Origin: a virus
Lineage: Duplodnaviria > Caudoviricetes
Virus record (IMG/VR): IMGVR_UViG_3300005805_000078
Coordinates: 6,707 to 70,706 of that record
Reading direction: 5' to 3' (one strand)
DNA: 64,000 nt
A program made the translations under genes and the position numbers. Each line of letters opens with the position of its first letter. Positions within the stretch are counted from its first letter, which is position 1. Positions 39,079-46,514 of this stretch are shown in pieces. Below the pieces are notes generated by a model that saw only the letters and a list, made by a program, of their open reading frames with translations, had not been told where the DNA came from and made no database searches.

Positions 39079-39167
39079 CACTTAATAGTTACCGCATCAC
39101 TTAATAGTCTCATTACTCACTTAATAGCTGCCCGGGGCACTTAATAGCTGCCCGGGGCACTTAATAG
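39079..39167. repeat. Five direct repeats CACTTAATAG at 19-20 bp period
   Basis: Copies at 39079, 39098, 39118, 39138, 39158. Confidence 0.9.
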
Positions 39168-39172
39168 TTTAT

Positions 39173-39397
39173 TTACTGACGATTCTTGACCGATTCAATC
39201 GTGGCTTCGATTTCTTTACGAATCTCGGGACTGCTATTCGCCATGCCTTGAATCATAGAACCGAGATAGCCGGCGATATATGCATATGCATTCGCTGAAT
39301 CGTAACCGCGCTTATTCTCGCAATCATTCTTCAGAGCATCGATCAGCTGGTCAACGAGAGTGGGTTCGTGCTTCATTTGGATCTCCGTATTCATCAT
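39173..39397 (-). CDS. Hypothetical protein, paralog of 45545-45739
   Basis: AY..GYL.SM..G.A motif; the start may be 39376 (GGAG SD). Confidence 0.7.
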   Translation of the reverse strand: MMNTEIQMKHEPTLVDQLIDALKNDCENKRGYDSANAYAYIAGYLGSMIQGMANSSPEIRKEIEATIESVKNRQ

Positions 39398-39446
39398 GGA
39401 GTGGACTATAGCACAGTCGGTCGGCTCGGCAAGTGTTCTCTGGCAA

Positions 39447-39469
39447 TAGTCGACCGGCTTGATCGACTA
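39447..39469 (-). repeat. Palindromic element 3 plus promoter
   Basis: TAGTCGACC-GGCTT-GATCGACTA; TTGCCG 39427-32, N16, TATAGT 39405-10. Confidence 0.85.
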
Positions 39470-39476
39470 CTGATCA

Positions 39477-39620
39477 TCAAGCCCAGCGGACGGACTCGCT
39501 TCGTGCCTCATCATCGAAGAACGCATACCAACCGCGCTTCCAATCGCCGGTTTCGCTAGCATCGAAAGCCTCGCCGAGAGCGGCTGCATTGTAGCCTTGG
39601 GTGTATTTGCTAGGTGTCAT
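39477..39620 (-). CDS. 47-aa hypothetical protein
   Basis: Downstream of promoter 39650-77. Confidence 0.6.
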   Translation of the reverse strand: MTPSKYTQGYNAAALGEAFDASETGDWKRGWYAFFDDEARSESVRWA

Positions 39621-39688
39621 TTTGTGTCCCGCGTTGATCGAATGAAGACAGTATAGCAGTGTCGGACGGTTCGTCAAGTGTCTGGCAA

Positions 39689-39711
39689 TAGTTGACCAGA
39701 TCGCTCGACTA
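39689..39711 (-). repeat. Palindromic element 4 plus promoter
   Basis: TAGTTGACC-AGATC-GCTCGACTA; TTGACG 39672-77, N16, TATACT 39650-55. Confidence 0.85.
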
Positions 39712-39843
39712 TTACCGCTTCGTCACACTCGACACCAGCTGCACAGTGGAATCATACGTGCGGTCGATAAACTGTGCGATCGGAACAATGCCGAAATGCA
39801 TGATCGCGACGCCGAGAATAAGACCGAAGAGTATCTTTGCCAT
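39712..39843 (-). CDS. 43-aa membrane protein
   Basis: MAKILFGLILGVAIMHFG. Confidence 0.6.
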   Translation of the reverse strand: MAKILFGLILGVAIMHFGIVPIAQFIDRTYDSTVQLVSSVTKR

Positions 39844-39909
39844 TTCGTTCACCGTGTTTTGATGGTTGTATCTTACAGGCGCCGGTGCGATTGGCAACCA
39901 GTTGGAAAA

Positions 39910-39932
39910 TAGTCTACCAATCCGGTCAGACA
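39910..39932. repeat. Degenerate element 5 between divergent promoters
   Basis: TAGTCTACC-AATCC-GGTCAGACA; minus TTGCCA 39892-97/TAAGAT 39870-75; plus TTGCCG 39937-42/TATAAT 39959-64. Confidence 0.75.
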
Positions 39933-39970
39933 CCGGTTGCCGGCACTAAAGCTGGTGCTATAATGGCTCC

Positions 39971-40076
39971 ATAGCACTGGTCGTCCGAGGCTCTAATCCA
40001 ACCCTGCGCGTCAAACGTGCCTCGGCTCCGCCTGCGCGGGTTCAAATTCTTGATCGCTCCGCTCAAGTATTTTTTT
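39971..40076 (+). ncRNA. Candidate small structured RNA (possible pseudoknot)
   Basis: Consensus TGn-TATAAT promoter, no ORF, two interleaved stems, terminal hairpin plus T7. Confidence 0.45.
40046..40070 (+). repeat. Palindromic element 6 plus promoter
   Basis: ATTCTTGATC-GCTCC-GCTCAAGTAT then T-run; TTGCCA 40084-89, N16, TACAGT 40106-11. Confidence 0.7.
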
Positions 40077-40132
40077 GCGCTGGTTGCCATCCACCACGGT
40101 ATCGTTACAGTCTAAGCACGTTTCAACAAAAG

Positions 40133-40330
40133 GTGATATTCGATATGCGTTATTCGGCACTGCGTGTTGCACAAGATATTGCATTTAAACACGGCGTCGA
40201 TAATATATTCGCTGAAGTATATACTATGCGCCGAGAGTATGACGATATATTCGATTCTGTCGAGTATACTATGGAGTATCTCGGTCTGTACGATGACTGG
40301 TATAATACGTGGGTGAATCAAGTGGAATAA
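40133..40330 (+). CDS. Small acidic hypothetical protein
   Basis: ORF after promoter 40084. Confidence 0.55.
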   Translation: MIFDMRYSALRVAQDIAFKHGVDNIFAEVYTMRREYDDIFDSVEYTMEYLGLYDDWYNTWVNQVE

Positions 40331-40512
40331 TATGCGTGTGTAGTGTGTGTGGGGGAAAATAGAATCCTAGGAATTGGCTTAGTCCCACCACACCATATAT
40401 AATCGCGATACACCGCGATACGACCGCATATTATGCTACAATATCGCATTTCATCGAAATTAAACACTACACAATGTCATATCCGCGACATACTCCGCGA
40501 CAATGCGACACC

Positions 40513-40563
40513 ATACACTACCCATAGTGTACTATGGAATATCAGACACTATGGGTAGTGTAT
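40513..40563. repeat. Perfect 18-bp inverted repeat with 15-nt loop
   Basis: ATACACTACCCATAGTGT / ACACTATGGGTAGTGTAT. Confidence 0.88.
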
Positions 40564-40579
40564 ACTTCCTTCAATCATC

Positions 40580-41017
40580 ATGAAAATGGCAAATGAAATG
40601 ACAAAGGCTGTATTTTATATTCAATATGACGACGGTTCTTACACTCAGACCGTATTCGAATCGGCGATTATGGCTAAACGTGCTTATAATCGTTATGCAA
40701 AAAGATTGGAACATAATGTAAAAGAATATGGTTGGGAAGTATTATCAGAACCTATGACATTATCTCATCGTATACGAGAAAAGTTGAGACAATTGGAGTT
40801 AAATAATATGAATGAACGAATTAAACAACTTGAGATTCAATCTGTTTTCTATAATGAAGACACCCAATTGTGGGAGTTTGATCGAGAGAAATTCGCTGAA
40901 TTGTTGATTCAGGAATGTGCTAATGTTTGTTTATCTCAGCGTAATCCTTCTAATCTAAACTATAAACCGTCCGAAAAATTTGCTCAAGCATTGAAACAAC
41001 ATTTTGGAGTTAAATGA
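40580..41017 (+). CDS. Hypothetical protein in frame with an MNERI-family domain (internal start 40808)
   Basis: GGAG-N9-ATG at 40808; EKFAELLIQEC...QHFGVK. Confidence 0.65.
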   Translation: MKMANEMTKAVFYIQYDDGSYTQTVFESAIMAKRAYNRYAKRLEHNVKEYGWEVLSEPMTLSHRIREKLRQLELNNMNERIKQLEIQSVFYNEDTQLWEFDREKFAELLIQECANVCLSQRNPSNLNYKPSEKFAQALKQHFGVK

Positions 41018-41018
41018 T

Positions 41019-41234
41019 ATGAACGAAAGAATTAAAGAACTAATGATTGAATCTGGTTCTACTGGCACTTATCAAGTTTGGTTTACTCGAAACGAAGTCC
41101 ATAAACTCGCCGAGTTACTAATTAAAGAATGTATCAAAGCATCTATGGTATCGATTCTTGATAATAATATCGGTGATCGTGAAGATTGTGTTATTGTTGG
41201 TTCTGATATTTCTGATCATTTTGGAATGGAGTGA
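41019..41234 (+). CDS. MNERI-family protein
   Basis: MNERIKEL...KLAELLIKEC...DHFGME. Confidence 0.75.
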   Translation: MNERIKELMIESGSTGTYQVWFTRNEVHKLAELLIKECIKASMVSILDNNIGDREDCVIVGSDISDHFGME

Positions 41235-41242
41235 AATAATAT

Positions 41243-41458
41243 ATGGAAATCAAAAAGGTTTACAAAACAAGTAAGGGTCTTTTTTGGACTAAAGAAGAGG
41301 CGGAGAAGAAAAAGAATCGGGCGAAAGAAAAGGAATTCTATAACACTGAATATCAATATGAAAAAGTGCGTGAAGTATATGTTCTCGTTACTTGGAAAGA
41401 CCAAGACTACGGTATCTACGGTATGGCTTTTGAATTAAACCCTGTGGAGATTCAATAA
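41243..41458 (+). CDS. Hypothetical protein
   Basis: SD GGAG. Confidence 0.6.
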   Translation: MEIKKVYKTSKGLFWTKEEAEKKKNRAKEKEFYNTEYQYEKVREVYVLVTWKDQDYGIYGMAFELNPVEIQ

Positions 41459-41643
41459 TGAACGATGATAAAATGGCTCAATATTTCTCTTATCTTGATA
41501 TTCTTCGAGAATCTGGCGTTACGAATATGTTCGGTGCTGTGCCGTATCTTATGCACCAATTCGATATTCCAAAGGCAGAGGCGCGGAATGTTTTGCTTGC
41601 GTGGATGGACTTCAAAGAAAAGGCAAGTATGGCGCAGAAATGA
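41458..41643 (+). CDS. Small conserved phage protein
   Basis: YLDILRESGVTNMFGAVPYL motif. Confidence 0.75.
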   Translation: MNDDKMAQYFSYLDILRESGVTNMFGAVPYLMHQFDIPKAEARNVLLAWMDFKEKASMAQK

Positions 41644-41663
41644 CTGACCGGATCGGTCAACTA
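41642..41663 (+). repeat. Palindromic element 7 plus promoter
   Basis: GACTGACC-GGATC-GGTCAACTA; TTGCCT 41678-83, N16, TATAGT 41700-05. Confidence 0.88.
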
Positions 41664-41741
41664 TTTTACCTAGGTGCTTGCCTCGTTTTCCTACTCTGCT
41701 ATAGTCCACTCCATCGAAAGACACATGAGAGGTGACAGAAG

Positions 41742-42233
41742 ATGATTCCGAAGTTTGAAACGCAGACCGAAATGATCGCTTACGTTCATTCGCTCACCGA
41801 TGCTGATCGTATTCGTATCGTCGCCGAGCATGGCATCGCACCGAAGAATCGCTCAGAAGCATCCGTTCTCGCCGATTACATTGTGCAAGGCGTTTCGAAG
41901 GGTCTGACCGGCGCGGCTCTCACCGCGTATGCTGAAGAACGGACGAAGCGCCTGATCGCGATTATGCCTCATCTCGGTCGCGCACAGCCTGACGAAGAGC
42001 CGATCATTGTCGAGGTCGCACCTGTCGCACCTGTCGCGGTTCCTGCTGCACCTAAGGCACCTCGCGTCGCCAAGACCAAGTATCCTGACGGTACGATTGT
42101 CGCCCGCCCTGATCGCGGCGGCTTCGAAGGCTGGTACGCTGGCAAGGCTGAAGCCTTCCGCCCGACTGTGGAGAAGGTCGCTTCGTTCTTTGCGAAAAAG
42201 TATCCCGAAGTCAAGACTGTGGTTCTTGCCTGA
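41742..42233 (+). CDS. Two-domain protein, paralog of 47251-47874
   Basis: KFETQ...ADYIVQG...; KTKYPDG...GGFEGWYAG.AEAFRPTVEKV. Confidence 0.8.
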   Translation: MIPKFETQTEMIAYVHSLTDADRIRIVAEHGIAPKNRSEASVLADYIVQGVSKGLTGAALTAYAEERTKRLIAIMPHLGRAQPDEEPIIVEVAPVAPVAVPAAPKAPRVAKTKYPDGTIVARPDRGGFEGWYAGKAEAFRPTVEKVASFFAKKYPEVKTVVLA

Positions 42234-42249
42234 CCGGATCGGTCAACAA
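42229..42249 (+). repeat. Palindromic element 8 plus promoter
   Basis: TGACC-GGATC-GGTCA containing the upstream TGA stop; TGC-TATAAT downstream. Confidence 0.88.
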
Positions 42250-42310
42250 TCGCGCCAAAGTCCAAAACCACTGCTATAATCCAGACCGTTCTAAGATAAG
42301 AGGTGGAAAA

Positions 42311-42505
42311 ATGACTGACATGGAAAAGGCTTTTGATGTTCTCTCCGAAGCTGGAATGAATCCAACGTGGGTAGGCGGTGATTACATTATCGCAAACGTC
42401 ACCGGAATCAGGCTCTTGCCAGGCAAAAAGACCGAGGCATACACCGAAACCGAGATTGTTCGGAGTCTCGCCTCTGCACTCTGGTTGGTCGGAATTTGCG
42501 AGTAA
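42311..42505 (+). CDS. Hypothetical protein
   Basis: SD GAGGTGG. Confidence 0.6.
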   Translation: MTDMEKAFDVLSEAGMNPTWVGGDYIIANVTGIRLLPGKKTEAYTETEIVRSLASALWLVGICE

Positions 42506-42508
42506 ACG

Positions 42509-42533
42509 ATTGTCGACCAAATCGGTCAACAAT
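42509..42533 (+). repeat. Palindromic element 9 plus promoter
   Basis: ATTGTCGACC-AAATC-GGTCAACAAT; TTGCCA-N17-TATAGT (42556-61). Confidence 0.9.
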
Positions 42534-42568
42534 TGCCAAAGTCCAAAACCACTGCTATAGTCCACTCC

Positions 42569-42796
42569 ATGATGACGCTGAAAACCGAAACGAAGCAAAA
42601 CTGGTTCAATACACTGAATGCGGCTCTCGAATCTGAGGGCTTGCTTGATACGTGGGATTGTTCCTGGGCACCGATCAACTATGGCAAGACCCGCACGTAC
42701 CGCGTCGATGACGGTTCTCGGTACGGTCGCCAAGTCTCCATCTATCGTGATGAAATGGGACGATATGAACGTCCGGTCCACTATTCTCGGGGTTGA
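42569..42796 (+). CDS. Small conserved phage protein, possibly leaderless
   Basis: SIYRDEMGRYERPVHY motif; ATG 7 nt after the -10 box. Confidence 0.65.
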   Translation: MMTLKTETKQNWFNTLNAALESEGLLDTWDCSWAPINYGKTRTYRVDDGSRYGRQVSIYRDEMGRYERPVHYSRG

Positions 42797-43002
42797 ATAT
42801 GTCCACTCAACATATTGTTGGTATTGTCGGAGGGTCGAATTTTCGCGACCAATATACTATCGATAAAATAAGATTCGATAAAGAAACCGATGCGTTCCAA
42901 TTCATGCGGAACTATAATCGTTCTTTCGATTCTGGTAAATCGCATTATGTTCGCGCAGAGTATCTCGGTGAAATCGACACGGATACTGGCGACTACGTTT
43001 AA
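42793..43002 (+). CDS. Hypothetical protein
   Basis: Coupled ORF. Confidence 0.55.
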   Translation: MNMSTQHIVGIVGGSNFRDQYTIDKIRFDKETDAFQFMRNYNRSFDSGKSHYVRAEYLGEIDTDTGDYV

Positions 43003-43035
43003 TAACCGTAACCATAAACAAGGAAGGTAAACAAA

Positions 43036-43350
43036 ATGTTTTTCACTTTTCGACAAAACAATTCATTCGGCGTATTTGATGTGGACGATAATGTCGATCA
43101 CTTCGTGATTATCGAAGCAGAGTCATCCGGCGAAGCCGATGATATCGGCGAGCATATCGGTATCTATTTCGATGGTGTCGAAAAAGGTATTGATTGTGAA
43201 TGCTGCGGTGATAGGTGGTATTGAAACTATGGACGTGGTACAGAAAAGCCTGAAATATATGGTAAGAGCCCGTCCGAGCATTCTTATGAATATATTATTC
43301 ACTATAAGGATGGCAGAATCGAACGTGATGGAGTAATCAAGAATGTCTAA
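43036..43350 (+). pseudogene. DUF7296-like gene with an in-frame TGA at 43222-43224 (nonsense mutation, readthrough or sequence error)
   Basis: F.QNNS.G...CECCGDRWY*NYGRGTEKPEIYG...IHYKDGR; extended frame ends overlapping the next ATG (43343). Confidence 0.65.
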
Positions 43351-43609
43351 TGAAACTATACAAAATGAATTGTATGAATACATTTTGAGTAAGGGTGTAT
43401 TCGATGCGCCGTACGGTGTATTACTCTCGGATCATGTTTCGAAAAAGGGCTTTAAATCAAAAGCTATTACCTTTGGGCGCGCACGGACACTCGACGCGAC
43501 AATTGAAATATATAATCGGAAGTATTTCATTCTGAAGGCTTCTCGATTTAATCAGAATAAAGTCCTGTTCTCAGTAGCGGATCTTAAGGCTGAAATTGAT
43601 ACTCTATAG
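43343..43609 (+). CDS. Hypothetical protein
   Basis: SD GGAG; stop lies inside element 10. Confidence 0.65.
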   Translation: MSNETIQNELYEYILSKGVFDAPYGVLLSDHVSKKGFKSKAITFGRARTLDATIEIYNRKYFILKASRFNQNKVLFSVADLKAEIDTL

Positions 43610-43629
43610 TTGACCGGAGAAGTCAACAA
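43607..43629 (+). repeat. Palindromic element 10 plus promoter
   Basis: TAGTTGACC-GGAGA-AGTCAACAA; TTGCCA 43642-47, N16, TAGAAT 43664-69. Confidence 0.85.
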
Positions 43630-43702
43630 TCCGAATGCTGGTTGCCAGTCTTACGGAAACCTGTAGAATCCATTCTGTTGACGGTTGATAAGGAGTTCGG
43701 AA

Positions 43703-43960
43703 ATGACTGATCGATATGTCCAGACGGTTGAAATGCGAAGGTGCGTTCTCGGGCTTGTGGAGCATAGCGTTACTGTTCGCCGCATCGATAATCGGTACCA
43801 TGTCCGCGTTTACGTTGACGGTCTACTGAATCAGGAAGCATATTGCACCGATAAGTCCGACATTGGTTACACTGCACGTTCCCTCCTGCGCTGGGAAGAT
43901 AAGTGTGGCAATATCTCAGAATTCGCATCCGCCGCACGGAAGCGCCTGTTCCAAGAGTAA
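43703..43960 (+). CDS. Hypothetical protein
   Basis: SD AAGGAG. Confidence 0.7.
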   Translation: MTDRYVQTVEMRRCVLGLVEHSVTVRRIDNRYHVRVYVDGLLNQEAYCTDKSDIGYTARSLLRWEDKCGNISEFASAARKRLFQE

Positions 43961-44145
43961 GACTAAGGATTCCCGACTAATGACGTGGTATGACCAGATT
44001 TTCGCCCATGCTGCGTGGACCGAATTCGCAAGAATCTTCCCGCGTGAGGCTCAGATTTACAGGCTATTGCCTGTGCACCGTGGACCCTATCGTTCGATGG
44101 TCGAGGACTTTTTCAAGGCTTTCGAAGGACGCTAGGCGCGAGAGT

Positions 44146-44167
44146 GTCTGACCGATCCGGTCAACTA
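44146..44167 (+). repeat. Palindromic element 11 plus promoter
   Basis: GTCTGACC-GATCC-GGTCAACTA; TTGCCA 44180-85, N16, TAGAAT 44202-07. Confidence 0.88.
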
Positions 44168-44242
44168 TTCTTGGCGTGGTTGCCAGCCCTACCAAAATCT
44201 ATAGAATCCATTCTGTTGAGTCGATAAACGAAGGGAAAAACG

Positions 44243-44980
44243 ATGTTCGAATTTTCTTCTGAGTGGGATGCGGATGCTTCGCGGACTCTCGGTTCGCTGG
44301 TCAAGTATAATGCCGGCTTGTTTAAGTCGGAAAAGCAAGCATCGTTCATTCTGAAGACATTCCCGCGTGATTATTCGACTAAGTGGACGCAAGAAACCGC
44401 GGATTTTGCACGCAAGAATTTCGGCATCGAATTGCCGGAGGGCACCGTAATGTGCATGATCTCCGCCTATGTGCGATGGGTCGATTACGGCGCTAAGTCC
44501 ATTCGCCCAGTATCGTGGATTTACGTCCTTGATACCCGAGGCGTGGTTGCACAATACAAACTGGGTTATGTCGGCGATATGCGTTCCGGCACTGCACCTG
44601 ATCCGTCGCGGACCCAATGCTTGTTTACCCGTGGTGGTGATGTTGCACCTATCGTCGATAAGGCTGCCGCCGCACCTGTGGTTTCCGAATCTAATTCGAC
44701 GCATATCGGTACTGTCGGCTCGCGTGTCACGATCAAGGCGACGATTGTAATGGTGAAAGAATTCGAAGGACAAAAGTTTCACTATTATGATTCTGGTCGC
44801 CGGACTCTGACTCGCCTTGTCTCCGAGGGTAATGATATTGTGTATTTCGGCTTTCTCGGTGATAAGGGCGCTGAAATTGAAATGAAATGCACTATCAAGG
44901 AGCATTCTGAGTATAACGGTGCAAAACAAACCGTTATCTCCCGCCCGAAGGTTCTTAATCAAGCTGTTACTGTGGAGTAA
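44243..44980 (+). CDS. Protein with C-terminal OB-fold-like domain
   Basis: STHIGTVGSRVTI...KCTIKEHSEYNGAKQTVISRPK. Confidence 0.7.
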   Translation: MFEFSSEWDADASRTLGSLVKYNAGLFKSEKQASFILKTFPRDYSTKWTQETADFARKNFGIELPEGTVMCMISAYVRWVDYGAKSIRPVSWIYVLDTRGVVAQYKLGYVGDMRSGTAPDPSRTQCLFTRGGDVAPIVDKAAAAPVVSESNSTHIGTVGSRVTIKATIVMVKEFEGQKFHYYDSGRRTLTRLVSEGNDIVYFGFLGDKGAEIEMKCTIKEHSEYNGAKQTVISRPKVLNQAVTVE

Positions 44981-44985
44981 ATAAA

Positions 44986-45171
44986 ATGATTGCATATCTG
45001 ATCGTGAATGTTATTTTCTGCGGACTTCTTTCTATTATGTGGAAAAGTAGTGATTGGGCGAATACACTTATCAAATTGTTTCTAATCATTATGACAGTAT
45101 GGAGCGGATTTCATCTATTCAATCAATTGGGTTTCATTGTCGCAGCGCCTGAAGGTATGCGCTGGTTTTAA
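44986..45171 (+). CDS. Small two-TM membrane protein
   Basis: Hydrophobic; SD GGAG. Confidence 0.6.
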   Translation: MIAYLIVNVIFCGLLSIMWKSSDWANTLIKLFLIIMTVWSGFHLFNQLGFIVAAPEGMRWF

Positions 45172-45195
45172 ATCAAAGAAAGTTGGGGTAATATT

Positions 45196-45447
45196 ATGAA
45201 ATTGACTTATCATACTGATCCCGGTCACGGTTGGATTGAAATGTCATGGGATGTTTTTCAATCTCTTGATATCTCTGAGAGTATTTCGTCATATTCGTAT
45301 ATGAATAACAATTCCGTATTCTTGGAGGAAGATTGTGACGCACCGGCTGCAATTAAGCGACTAAAGGAAATGGGTTTCACCGTCGAATTGGTCGAATCGT
45401 ATAAAGAGAATACTCCGATTCGCCATTACAGGCGTTACACCGCATAG
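45196..45447 (+). CDS. Conserved small phage protein (DPGHGW family)
   Basis: YHTDPGHGW...SYSY...FLEEDCDA. Confidence 0.75.
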   Translation: MKLTYHTDPGHGWIEMSWDVFQSLDISESISSYSYMNNNSVFLEEDCDAPAAIKRLKEMGFTVELVESYKENTPIRHYRRYTA

Positions 45448-45468
45448 TTGACCGGCGTGGTCAACTAT
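45444..45468 (+). repeat. Palindromic element 12 plus promoter
   Basis: ATAGTTGACC-GGCGT-GGTCAACTAT (perfect 10 bp); TTGCCA 45480-85, N16, TAGGAT 45502-07. Confidence 0.92.
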
Positions 45469-45544
45469 TCAAGTGGTAGTTGCCATTCCGTCCAGTGCCT
45501 GTAGGATACAACCATTGATTGATGACGTTCGAAAGGAAAACGAA

Positions 45545-45739
45545 ATGACCTCAGTGAACAAAATGATGGAAGTTATCCGCAATGATCTTAGGAATCGCAC
45601 CGATTGTCCTATCAAGGATCTTTCCGATCAAAATGCATATCTTGTAGGGTATCTTTCGTCGATGTTGGCTGGCTATGCTGCAGTCGATAAGAAAATAACC
45701 GAAGATATCGAATGGAAGATTAAGTATCATACCAAGTAA
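45545..45739 (+). CDS. Hypothetical protein, paralog of 39173-39397
   Basis: NAYLVGYLSSMLAGYA. Confidence 0.65.
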   Translation: MTSVNKMMEVIRNDLRNRTDCPIKDLSDQNAYLVGYLSSMLAGYAAVDKKITEDIEWKIKYHTK

Positions 45740-45907
45740 GAGTATATGGACTACGATTCGAGTCTAGTTTCAGAATTACATTTAGATGCATATGGACGCG
45801 CACCATCGCCAGTTTTCTGGGTACTCTGGAATACTGGCTCGGATGAAGATCGCGAAAATATGTGGCGGAAGATTCTCGCCGATCTAAACGTTGATATCGT
45901 CTAATAT

Positions 45908-46498
45908 ATGCTTTTCGCGACCGATAATAAGATCGAATTGGTTCGGACTAAAAAGTCCGACCCCCGACTAATAGAACGGATGAAAAACCACTATTCAAAG
46001 CCGCGTGGTTTTGTCGGTCGCCAAATATTCTACGCCGTAATGTATAACGGCGAGTATTACGGGCATATTGTCGGCGGTTCTGCGACTATGCACCTTCCCG
46101 GTCGGAATGAATTCTTCGGTGTATCTAAAGAAGATATGGCGAAGAAAATACATTCCATTGTAAATAACGTTTTCTTTAACGTCACGCCGATTGACGGTAA
46201 ATATCCGGTTCGTAATTTCACTACCGCCGTGGTAAAAGAATTCATGCGTGTTATCGTGCATGATTGGAAAATGGAATACGGCGATGACGTAATCGGCTTT
46301 GAAACGCTGGTCGAACCGCCGCGCACGGGTGACCTGTACATGAGAGCCGGTTGGTCGGCTGTCGGCATGACGAAAGGCTACACCTGTAAACGCATTGCAG
46401 GCAACGGAGGCGAACGGTGGGGCGGTGTTCGAGTCTGGAACAAGGACGCCGACAGTTTGCGCCCTAAGATTGTTCTATGCGCCAAGGCGAAAGCTTGA
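45908..46498 (+). CDS. DUF4338/Mom-like GNAT-fold protein
   Basis: HY.K...GRQIFYAV, VNNVFF, FETLVEPPRTGDLYMRAGW..VG.TKG. Confidence 0.6.
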   Translation: MLFATDNKIELVRTKKSDPRLIERMKNHYSKPRGFVGRQIFYAVMYNGEYYGHIVGGSATMHLPGRNEFFGVSKEDMAKKIHSIVNNVFFNVTPIDGKYPVRNFTTAVVKEFMRVIVHDWKMEYGDDVIGFETLVEPPRTGDLYMRAGWSAVGMTKGYTCKRIAGNGGERWGGVRVWNKDADSLRPKIVLCAKAKA

Positions 46499-46514
46499 CC
46501 GATCCGGTCGACAA
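46495..46514 (+). repeat. Palindromic element 13 plus promoter
   Basis: TTGACC-GATCC-GGTCGACAA; TTGACA 46527-32, N16, TAGGAT 46549-54. Confidence 0.88.

Noticed and set aside
38916-39104. Plus-strand 62-aa ORF in the inverted-repeat cluster
   Set aside because: No SD, and the sequence is better explained by DNA repeats; not excluded
39079-39167. Mini-CRISPR array
   Set aside because: 10-bp repeats with 9-10-bp spacers, two of them identical; far below CRISPR dimensions
39985-40042. HDV-like (theta) ribozyme
   Set aside because: Similar topology, but no GG for P1.1 after P1 and no J4/2 catalytic C-containing motif
40030-40070. tRNA or tRNA-Sec suggested by GGGTTCAAATTC
   Set aside because: T-stem does not pair, no acceptor stem or anticodon arm; the 3' hairpin is element 6
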